From Andalucia godoyi And28 (lineage: Eukaryota > Protista > Jakobida), in assembly GCA_009859145.1 (NCBI GenBank), contig VRVR01000006.1:381464-445463 (forward strand): a stretch of DNA of 64,000 nucleotides, given 5' to 3'. Shown in pieces: positions 53,582 to 63,620 of this stretch. The notes under the pieces are model-generated. The model saw only the letters and a program-made list of their open reading frames with translations. It ran no database searches and was not told where the DNA came from. Position 1 is the stretch's first letter, and each line of letters opens with the position of its first letter. A program made the translations under genes and the position numbers.

Positions 53582-53791
53582 TGGGTCGTAACATGCGTTT
53601 CTTCAGAAACTTCCATTACAGCAGCGTGGGCAGACCAGTCAGGAATGAAGTCCCAGCCAGTTTCAACAATCAGCGCCAGGCCTTCTTTCATGGTTGCTTC
53701 CTCTTTCTCAACATCGAAACAATAGTCAAAACGAAACACCAACGAAGGAAGAAACTCAAACCCGAATTCTACGACATGGAATTTTTCCAAG

Positions 53792-55053
53792 GTATCGTAA
53801 AGGCACCTAATCTTGCCGGTTTTTCTGGAGAAAATGTTTTGGCACGCTTTCTTCTTTCTTCCTTTCTTTTTTCACCAAAATCAATCGGAATGGCCAAAAA
53901 ACGATCCCCAACACAAAAACAGTCAAATTCGGACGCGCAGCTCACGAAGGACGTCCTTGCGCATATCATTGATGGTGCAAAATACCACGATCTGCAGTCT
54001 CCCGAGCGTACCGTGCGCAAATACTTGGGCATCTACTACGATGTGATCCTGGATGAGCTCAACGACTGCGCACGACGTGCGCTGATGGAAACGCCCGGTG
54101 GGCAATCTCAAACGTTTCATCCTGTCGTGCCAACGGAAGCAGAAAAGCGGCGCGCAAAGATCCCGGAAGCGCTGCACCAGTTCATCGACATGGATGTCCT
54201 CGAGGAAGCCGTTTCCTTCTTTGGGAAGGCAGGACGACCTGCTGCGCTGTGCCCAGAAGAAGAGAGGCGGCTGTATCACTACACAGTGTACAGAGTGCAG
54301 AGGAATATGCCGCTTCTGAAGCAGGATTTCCTCCAAATGGTGTCCAAGTACCTGGGTGACACCGGAAGAACGAGAACGATCACCTTGACAAGGAAGAGAG
54401 AGAGTGCTCTTCTGGACACGGCGTCAAATCGAAAGAATCCAGAACGATGTTGTCGAAGGACTGGCTTCCTGCATTCCGTCGTCATCTTGTCAGCGAGCGC
54501 AAGCAAGGCACTGAAAAAGCCTCGAGGAAAGACGACAAGCTTCTGCCTGACTGCTCAGGAAGCAGTTGCTTTCATGCGAAACAAAGTTGCAGACGAGAAT
54601 CAACGCAGAACCGAGAAGGAGGCGAAAGCACAGAAACGCCAACAGTCAGCAACGCGAAGCTCGAGCGTTTCGACTGCTTCTCGTCCGCAAAACACCATCC
54701 GCATCCGTTCCTACAATGGCGGTGAGGGCAGCAGCACCTTGCCCTATGTTCCCGCTTCACAACAGCCAGCTGCAGAGGCAGCAGGCACGGCTGGAATACA
54801 ACCCACAGGGATGCTGTCGTCCATCCAAGCAGCAAACCGACGATTTGCCCAAAACTAACTGTTGCCACTCTCCAGGTGAGCCATTTGAGATGTAATTATT
54901 GTTCTCCACTCGAAACTGAATCCATTTATCTCGTTAATATTTTGGAAAAATGAAAAACAAACAAAAATAAGTAGGAAAAAATAAAAGCGAGGCGTTGGAA
55001 AAAAACCCGGCAAGAATACCTCCAGCCGGCAAGAATACCTGCCTTTACGATAC
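53792..55053 (+). mobile_element. Internally deleted pogo/Fot1-like DNA transposon
   Basis: 28-bp TIRs (53792-53819 vs 55026-55053, 3 mismatches). An internal copy of CCGGCAAGAATACC sits at 55008-55021. Encloses a transposase remnant. Confidence 0.82.
53890..54858 (+). CDS. pogo-like transposase remnant (DNA-binding HTH and C-terminal tail, no DDE domain)
   Basis: GRPAALCPEEERRL..NMPLLKQDFLQMV (CENP-B/Tc5 HTH) joined to CLTAQEAV..EKEAK. No catalytic domain recognisable. Frame intact, 322 aa. Confidence 0.75.
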   Translation: MAKKRSPTQKQSNSDAQLTKDVLAHIIDGAKYHDLQSPERTVRKYLGIYYDVILDELNDCARRALMETPGGQSQTFHPVVPTEAEKRRAKIPEALHQFIDMDVLEEAVSFFGKAGRPAALCPEEERRLYHYTVYRVQRNMPLLKQDFLQMVSKYLGDTGRTRTITLTRKRESALLDTASNRKNPERCCRRTGFLHSVVILSASASKALKKPRGKTTSFCLTAQEAVAFMRNKVADENQRRTEKEAKAQKRQQSATRSSSVSTASRPQNTIRIRSYNGGEGSSTLPYVPASQQPAAEAAGTAGIQPTGMLSSIQAANRRFAQN

Positions 55054-55247
55054 TATTGGGGGAAAAGACAAAGCAGCCGCAGTGCAAAAAAAAACAAGGT
55101 TAGTAGGGTTAGGTAGGGCTAAGCAGGCGAAATGACAAAACTTGCTCGCCCAGTTCCGCTTTCTTCATTTATATCTTTTTCTTTTCCCAATTTTATCTAT
55201 CATATTGTGAGTACAATCGCTGTCATATTGTGATTACAATTGCAAAC

Positions 55248-56048
55248 ATGGCTGTTCCAATTGCAATTAGCATCGCTATCGTCGGCATGAGTGCTTCTGT
55301 ATGTTACCGCATCATTTCCGCACACAAGGCGGAATTGTTTACGGAATGGAAAGGTTTACGAGTCAAGGTGGTACTGAAAGGCTCGGTTATCGTTTTTGGG
55401 TTTGTTAAGAAGGATGATGATGCTGTTCTTTCCAAGGAGGCTCAGGGTGTTAAGAAACGGTTAGCCAATGTTATGGTTAAACTTCGTGCAAAGGATGCCG
55501 CACAAGCAGCTTCTGTTGATCCTTTTTCTGAGGTTCGCAGTCGCCGAACCAATGCAATACCGTTAACTCGTGACGACGTGGAGGAGGTTGTGCGTAAAGT
55601 AGTTGAGAAAAAAGCGACTACTCACGATGGCGGAGAGGTGCCCGAGTCTCGAGCGACAGAAGCTAATGTGCCAGATGCACAACAGTTTGATGAGTCGGAT
55701 ATCACGGTAGGTTATCAGCTCAACGACGACGCGTTTGATTGCTTGATGGATATTGTGTTGCAGGCGCGACTGCATGTTGAAGATGATGGTACGAAGTCTA
55801 TTATGGGCGCAACAATTACCACGATAACCAAAGTCGAAGACATCAATCGCTCGATTGAGAACTTGTCTCGCAAAGTGGATGGGATTGCCTTTTCCGTGGG
55901 GGCTGGACTCCTTCCGATTCAGCCGTACTTGTCATCCACTTCGGAATTTGGAGGGAATAACTTTGGATCCATGTTTTCGCCCGATATTTCAACTCGATTC
56001 CGGGCACCATGGGGGTCAAAGTCCCGGCCGATGATTGATTATCAGTAG
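55248..56048 (+). CDS. Hypothetical protein with N-terminal hydrophobic anchor
   Basis: 266-aa ORF from ATG 55248. Third positions look T-rich compared with the housekeeping genes. Confidence 0.6.
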   Translation: MAVPIAISIAIVGMSASVCYRIISAHKAELFTEWKGLRVKVVLKGSVIVFGFVKKDDDAVLSKEAQGVKKRLANVMVKLRAKDAAQAASVDPFSEVRSRRTNAIPLTRDDVEEVVRKVVEKKATTHDGGEVPESRATEANVPDAQQFDESDITVGYQLNDDAFDCLMDIVLQARLHVEDDGTKSIMGATITTITKVEDINRSIENLSRKVDGIAFSVGAGLLPIQPYLSSTSEFGGNNFGSMFSPDISTRFRAPWGSKSRPMIDYQ

Positions 56049-56183
56049 TGATGCATAACTTGTGCATAATAAATTGTCAAATTCGTCTATGAGCCGATAG
56101 AAAGTGCAGTAATTTCTTTGGTACTATTTGCTACACAGTTTATCAATTTGCAGTTGTAGTTTTTAAAAACCAATCATTTGTTA

Positions 56184-58612
56184 CATCTCTTCATGGTCGT
56201 TCGACCGGTTCTAAATTACGGCTGCCGAGCCCCGATTGCATGTGTCTCGCCTGCCACTTGATGCTGTTCGAGTCGGGTGACGCAATGCTTCCCTTTTTTA
56301 CAGCAATTTTGGTAAAAAAAAATCAAAACAGTCGAAATTCGAAAACGCAACTTTGCGATCTAGATACATAGCATTCATTGCAGTTCGTCAATCAGCAAAA
56401 GATAGAAGAATAGAAGAACCGGTCAATCAGTCGTCATCATCGTCGTCATTGCCTGCGTTGACATTTCCGTTTGGATTTTGTTCAGGGGCATGCTTGTCGT
56501 GGAGAGTCGCCGCAATCTCCTTTGCTGGTCCCTGGCTGGATTCTGCCTCTTTCACGGCTTCTCGCTCGGCGTCGAGCCCAGCATCCGCTTGTGCAGTGAT
56601 CGCTTCGGGCAAATATTCGATGCCCCACTCTTTGAATTTCGCGATTGCTGCAGATTCCTTCTCGTCGTCGGTGTGCACATGATCGAGTATTCTCCGGCAC
56701 GCAACGGGCAGCCGATTGATTGAATTTCCAAAAAACGACAGCGCGTGATCCCAAGCCCCCCTGATCTGAGATTCCTGGATGAGTTCGAATGACTCACAAA
56801 TCAAGTCTATCATACTTCCCTTTGTGTGTGGGTCGGTCGTTGCCACCACCTGCGTGAAATAGTATTTCCAGATGCTGAAAACTTCTTCACACGGATCGAG
56901 AAAAACGGCGAATGCGGCGGCAAGAAGCTGACTTCCAACTCGGGCGGAATCGAGGACAGTACAGCTTTTGACTCGTGATGCATCGAGCAGGTGTCATGGA
57001 TGACGAGTTGCTTCGTTCCGTCTTTTCTCGGCAGTGTTCCTCTTGCATGAAGTTCGATGCACATGTTTTCAGAAATTGTGCATAGCTTTGAGCATTGGTT
57101 CAGCCCACAAAACATTCGAAATATACAATTCTCGTCCTGTTCACCGCCGCAATCAATGAAACATTTGGAAGGGACATGTGGCCGATCGGTAGAAGCGGTC
57201 TGCAACCACGAACAGTTATTCCCTTAGTGGGTAGGACGCACGCATTGAATGGTGTTTCGTCGATGAAAATAGCATTGTCGTACGCCTGTCTTTTTTCAAT
57301 GCACATCAGCGATGCGTACTGGAATCTGGCCTCGATGTTTTTGGGCAAATTTCTGCTGAGCGGAATAGGATAAAAGTCAGCTGCACGAAACCCTAGAGTA
57401 CCATGCATCCAGTGTTCCAAGGTCTGCGCGGCGAGCTGAGGATCATGTCCTCGGAGTTCTGGAAATTTGGATTGCAAGAGCAATACCATGTTTTTGTAGT
57501 GGAGCTTATTGTCAATTTCAAACTGTCTGGCAGCCCACAGAAGGTGGTCGTCCGTGAACGTTCGCGGACGTCGAGATTTTGGGTTTTCTGACCCGTGCGG
57601 CAGTTCTGTGGTGGGATCCTCACCACGCTCCCAGCGTTTTCGCATGCGATAGTAAGTTCTTCTGAGAGTAGATTCCTTGTGTTGCAACAGAGCTGTAAGT
57701 TCCTTGACCGGCATTTTTTGTCTCGACAAACTGCGCCATATGAGCTCCTTGTCTCTCTGACAAATGGAGTCTTTCGGGTTCGGTATCGCGCTCGATTGAC
57801 CGCCTTCAGGTTTTGTGCTGGTTTCCTCATTCTCCTTATTCTCTTCCATGTCTTCCAGCGCTGTTTTCATGAGAAATTGTCTGACTCCAGCTTGAGACGT
57901 GTTATGCTGGGCTTGCATCACTGCTTCTTCTTTTTCACGGGCCTTCTGCTCGTGTTGAGCATCCCTTAACTCTTTCCTTTTCTGTGATCGGGATTTGAAG
58001 TCTTGCAATTGTGTGTGCTCAAGTTCTGGGAATTGATCTTGTACAAGAGGCGGCACACGGTCTGGAGCTGAGTGACTGAGAAACAATTGTCGCGACGTAC
58101 CGTGAGGTACAGCTTGCCGTTCCAGAACATCGATTTCCTTCACATTTTTCCTGTTGATGATCGGAGCTTTCACGGGATTGTTTGCGGAATCCTGGTTCAA
58201 AACAACAGGCGGAACGCGTGGCATCCGGTTTTCTCGCTGCATTTGTTCTTGCAGAGCACTCGGAACATCGGGTATCGGAATCGTGGACAGCATGCTTAGA
58301 CCGTCAGTGAGTGCCATGGCTTTTTTCCATGCTCTGTATGGCTCAAATTTCCCGTTTTCCTGCGAAGGTTCCATGTTCACTGCTGACTTCAGATGGGATA
58401 TCCACCAGCACTAAATGAACGAACGCTGAGAAACAAGAAAAAAGAAGTTGTGGAATCTGGAACGTTTGTGATTGGACCACTTGGCGAGCGGCGGGAAGTC
58501 AATTTAAAAATAGAAAGAGGCGGGAACATAGCATCAAGTAGTAAGTGAGTCACACGCAATCGTGGCTCGGCAGCCGTAAATTTAGAACTGGTCGAACGAT
58601 CATGAAGAGATG
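56184..58612 (-). mobile_element. Full-length Tc1-like (IS630-Tc1-mariner, DD34E) transposon
   Basis: Imperfect TIRs of about 80 bp (56184-56264 vs 58531-58612), both starting CATCTCTTCATG. TA on both sides (56182-56183 and 58613-58614). Confidence 0.95.
56427..58374 (-). pseudogene. Tc1/IS630-family transposase, inactivated
   Basis: FIDETPFN, VIHDTCSMHH and FLPPHSPF-LDPCEEVFSIWK. TGA at 57100-57102 and frameshifts near 57030-57050 and 56901-56905. Confidence 0.92.
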
Positions 58613-58614
58613 TA

Positions 58615-60273
58615 TCGGTTTTGTGAATGATGACAAGGTAAGGGAATTGAGGCCAGCAGAAGGTCTTTGGGCTCCAATAAGACAACGAGCGTTTAGCGTT
58701 GACAAAATTTACAGCAAATACGTTGAAGACACTTTCCTTGTAGGCCACGATGTGCAGCCAGTTAGGCTAGAAGGCGGCGTGGTAGTGAAACTCACGCTTC
58801 TGGATAAAGGACGCGCAGCCCCAGTCAATTAAACATATTTGTCCACTGAAAGTCGCTTTACACTCTCCAATAACATTTCGTTCTGCGGGCAAATGTCCCT
58901 GTGATGCATGCCATGCTGTTGTTGCAATGCAAAACGATCTGTGGAGAAACGATGATGCGGACCGGATAGCATGATGCGAGCGGCAACGGCGCTACAACCG
59001 GACCTAGGCACAGAAGTTCTCCATGATCGGACTGTTCGGAATGCAAAAGAGAAGGTACCCAGAAGCGACGATCATCCCAGTCGATTCTGGAAAGTTCTCG
59101 TAGAGCTCCAAGTTCGGTAGTCCATTCCGCTTGCGTCAATGCAGGAGAAAACTTCACAATGACGGAATTCGTCGCATCAAGAGTCGCGGTCGCCAATTCC
59201 ACAGCATCCATCTGCCCGATGCCCTGTACCAAAGCGCGCTGCAACATTCCTGTCAATTCCAGTCTTGGAGAAACGGACAGTGAGCCCACGATTTCAGAGG
59301 ACAGGGAAGAAACAATTGGTGGCGGCACCATTCCATCCACACAAAGAATGTGGTTCACTGGACAACAAGAAGCGCAGCCCCTTCAAGCCATCCTCTTTGA
59401 GCGCAATCGGCAGAGTTCGAAGCAGTGCGTAATCTCATCCGGACTCGGAATCGAAAATGCGCAGGCACAGAAACACAATGAAATTTTGAGTGCACCCAAA
59501 GCTCCAACACAGACGGAGACAAATACCGTATGCGTGAACAATGTGCACAAACCGCTGATGCACTTGCTCTATGGCCTGGGATTTGATGTGCTGTCGAGTG
59601 GATCGAGCCTTTTGAATTCTCCAGCAATGCTCGCTCCGTAGTACATGGGCCGCCGCAGAGCTAAACGACCTACGCAAAGCAGCAAATCAACTTTTTGGTT
59701 CAGTTCATACAGGCCACTGCGCGAGAAATGCACAAGATGCATATTCCCGTGTTTGGAGAGGAATCGAGTTATGGACAACTGAAACTGGACTTGCAGGAGC
59801 GCCTCAGGACACGAGTTCGAAAGAAGCGTCCGCACACTCTCGTTCCACATAACCTTGAAAATTTACCAATCAGAGAGGTTGGAGGAATGGGAGGAAAGCA
59901 AATGGACAGCGAGACATCAGAGTCAGAAAAGGGTTGTTACACGACCGAGCGACGACGACCCCAAAAACAGGCAAATCCTGCGAGGCTGCGAAAGCTTGGA
60001 GAGGAAGAGCTTGACATTTGATATCTTCGCTTCTTCTTGCGATTTGGTCGCCGCCTCTTGCGAATACTTTGCTTCTTCTTGGGAGACAAGTCGTTTTTGA
60101 CGTGTAATCTCTTTCTCATGACGTTCTCTCTCTTTCTCCTTCTCGTAGCTTTCGTTTTCGAAGACTGCTATAACATTCTCCTTGTCCCTCCGTTCTTCCA
60201 CTTTTTCAAGGTTCAATTGCTCGATTTGCTTGAGCAGCCTCTGAGCCACGTCATCTCAATCAGACGAACTCAT
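58615..60273 (-). pseudogene. Decayed Crinkler-type coiled-coil, REase and kinase gene
   Basis: Fragments in order: coiled coil; KVDLLL..AGEFK (PD-(D/E)xK-like); AIEQVHQRFVHI; VIVKF..ELGALREL; VPSLL; HRDICPQN; LIDWGCA. Several stops and frameshifts. Confidence 0.75.
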
Positions 60274-60666
60274 GGCTTGGGTGGTGGATGCAAGAAGGAG
60301 ATTGGAAGAAGTTAAAAATGAAACAGAAAGGAAGAACAACAATTCAAATGAAAAAGGAAGAATTCTGTGAAATTCCCGTTAAAATCGACAATCCCCGACT
60401 CGCAACTTCTCTATGAGTCTGAGAATTTACAGACTCGCAGTTGTGAACTTTTTTTTTTTGTTATGCTTATTATTATTATTATTATCATTATTTTGAGAAA
60501 CCTGCATAAAATTCAAAATGGTTATTATTCTTAAGCATATCTGCAGTGTTCTCTGACAAAATCATCACTCATTCGTTACAATTAGTACGTACTCCTAAGC
60601 ATTCGAAACAGCATGTTCGATTGTGGCACGGTCGTACCAGTGCCGCTTCTGCCCAGGAATTTGAAT

Positions 60667-62589
60667 GAGAGATGCTCCAAGGACTGGAGAACCGACAACG
60701 TGATGCTTGATGCTAGCACACTCATCGCTGCGCGCCATTTCAGCGGCCGTTTCATGACTTGACTTTCTCCTGCAACGAAACCTTTGTGAATTGCATTTTC
60801 TTCTCTTAAAGTTACTGCCTTTTCACCATTCCGGATCCTTTCTTAATCAATCTCTATACACTCTTTCCCCGGCCTTGAACTGGACGTGGAAACGTCCTCC
60901 TTGGGTCTTTTCGAAACCTGCGAGGTGGCGTCTTCCGCACTCGCGGCTCGCTTTCTCAGTCGTTGGCGCCGCGAATCGAGCTTGCTCTGCGCAATGGAAA
61001 TAGCAGCGGGGCTGATGCTTCCTCCGTTGAGCGACAGCATTTGAAATGCTGGATCAAACGCAGGATCAAACAAATCTTGCCTTGCATACATCAACAGTCC
61101 GATGTCCAGGTTGCTGGCTGTTCGTCTGCCTCCGTATGCTTGGAGGAGAATGCTTGTCAGCGTGTAGCCCAATGTGTTACCTTTGGGATCCGTTCCATCG
61201 TAGAATATCCATTCGGCGCTGGTAGGACACCAGGCGGGGTCCACCGTGCAACTGGGCCTCACAAAAGCGGAGCAAAAGTGCACTCCATCTTTGTTGAGTA
61301 CCATCGCGACCAGTTTGTACAATAGTCGGGCGGTTCCGATTGACACAGAGTATTCACAATCCCGGATGAACGGGATTGTTCCATTGGACTGGGGAGTTCC
61401 TCGTGGCGCGAAAGCACCCTGTCCAAATGAGACGATGACGTAAGGAGGACATTTCGGATATTTGATGCTGTTGATATCCCAGCAAACATGTTTGGAGCAC
61501 GTTTTGCACTCTACACCAAGCGGACTGTGACAGGACGTCATCTCTATTTCGATATACGGGGTCATGGGCATCTCCGTCGCGTTGGCGCTTGGATTCAGTT
61601 CAATCACAGATGATGGACACACATAGTTGTGGCAATGTTCGCATTTTCCATGCGCTTCGAACGACCACAAAGGATTCTCCAGTCATGTATTTTGCCAAAC
61701 TATCAATGAGTAAGAACTGTCCTTGCCGGAAGCCCGCTGGCGAAATCATCTCATATATCTGTTGTTTGAGGGTCTTCATGGAGGATAGGTAGTCTTGATG
61801 CAGATGTCCTGATGGTCCTGTTCCTTGCAACGAGAACACATTGCGTGCAACCGCGGGATCCACAAGCCTGCCGGTCGTCTGCCAGAATTGGGCGCTGATT
61901 GGGTGATTTCTCAAGCGTTCCAGTTTCTGCAAAGGAATCATGCACATTCCTTGCAGAATTGCTGACAACCATCTTTCAAATTTGAGAAGAATTTCCATGT
62001 TTTTGGATGTGCCGATGTAGACACGGTTGCCGTTAACCTCATCGTCTGTGGCAGTCTCCAGGCTTTCCTCAGAACAACAGTCTTCTTCGGTCGTGTTTTC
62101 AGAGTCGTCAGGAGACGAAGGAGCATGTCTTGTCATGGAGAGTTTGGAAATTCCACGGAAGAGGATCAGTTCGCGCACCACAAGATTCATCAAGGACGGA
62201 CTACCAAACAGCCGCTTTTCGTTCTGATTCGGGAAGAAGTGAACTTCATTGTGTCCGAGGACAGAAACAGACAGCAACATACCTGCGCAGTTCTCGAAAT
62301 CCCGGTCTCTGAACGGCATCCAGCGATGCTGTTTATTATGCTGATCTAAGGCTCGTACAAACGCCTGACGTTGGTTCTCGTCATTGGTCTGGTTCAGCGA
62401 CATCTGAGGGAGGGATATAGTAAAATCGTTCGATTCTGTTTCTGAAAACAAACCAAGCAAGTCTTAGGAATGCGCGCCTCCGAGTCCCGCGGCAATGTTT
62501 TTTTGAAATGGCGCGCTGCGTGTGCGCTGAATGAGTGTGCAAGCATCAAGCATCAAGCTGTCGGTTCTCCAGTCCTTGGAGCATGCCTC
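60667..62589. mobile_element. Non-autonomous MULE-like element with 9-bp target-site duplication
   Basis: TIRs 60667-60742 and 62504-62589 share a 26-bp perfect core (60672-60697 vs 62559-62584). Both begin with GAG. AATTTGAAT is directly repeated at 60658-60666 and 62590-62598. Confidence 0.88.
60843..62403 (-). pseudogene. USP-like (C19-type) cysteine protease with one frameshift near 61670
   Basis: FENCAGMLL (Cys-box-like), CEHC and CKTC zinc ribbon, YKLVAMVLNKDGVHFCSAF and WIFYDG (His/Asp boxes), across two overlapping ORFs. Confidence 0.65.
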
Positions 62590-62933
62590 AATTTGAATGT
62601 AAAATCATTGAAATTACGTGATCTTCTTGTCGCGGACGTCCGTACTCAGCCACTCCAGCATTCTCATTGTGATAGCGACTCATTATTGAAGACTCTAGGA
62701 GCTTAAACACAATGGAAGACTATTGGTTACACGGAGACTCGGCTAGAATGGGAGAATGGGAGAGCGGATCCAGTTTGCGGACGGAGCTTTGAAACCATTC
62801 CGCAGTTGTTCGAAATCGATGCGCTTACTCCATCGGAGGTCGAGATGTTGATGGCCAACGGGCATCGTATGTTTATCATATCGACGTTGCTGACCTTTGC
62901 TCCAGCAACCGCGACTGGAGTCACGGAACCGAT

Positions 62934-63620
62934 ATGTGCCTAGATCGAGATGGCGGCGCTGCAGTCGAGCAAGGTGGGGTGATTCTTGCCACAGGCGGAT
63001 TTACAGATAATCCCAAATACGATCTATATTCTGCTGAGCTGCTTGACTGCGAATTGTCTTCAAAATGGAGAATTCTAGACGCGCGACTCAACATCGGTCG
63101 AATGTTTCATGGTGCTGTTTCATTGAACAGCAAGGTGTTTGTGCTTGGTGGATTGACATTGCATTATCAGAAAGGAGTGTCTGTTGAGCAGTATGATTTT
63201 GAGAATGATCGATGGTTTATTGATCTGCATTGGATGAATCAGGAACGATACGGATTTGCGTCTGTTGCACATTCGGCGTTGGAATGCATTTATTCTATTG
63301 GCGGCCTGAAAGATGAGAACACGGAGCTGGACTCGGTGGAACGATACGATCCGCGCCGCGGGGATTGGGAATACGTCAAGGAAATGGGCGGGGATCGATC
63401 CTGTCATGCGGCAGCCATTGATCATGATCTGATATTCGCTATTGGCGGCACTGGGTCGCGAGACGACGTTGAGATCTACGAACCGCGAATGGATCGGTGA
63501 TTCAACGGCCCAACGATGTTGACTCCACGGTCCTTGTTTGCATCTGTGCATGCTGGAAATGCAATGATTGCAATTGGTGGTGTGGACGGAGAAACAACGA
63601 CCGAGTTTTTGCAATTGCCG
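62934..63620 (+). pseudogene. Kelch-repeat protein, inactivated
   Basis: At least five Kelch repeats (ILATGG, VFVLGG, IYSIGG..VERYDP, IFAIGG, MIAIGG). TGA at 63498-63500 where Trp is expected, after which the frame decays. Confidence 0.85.
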
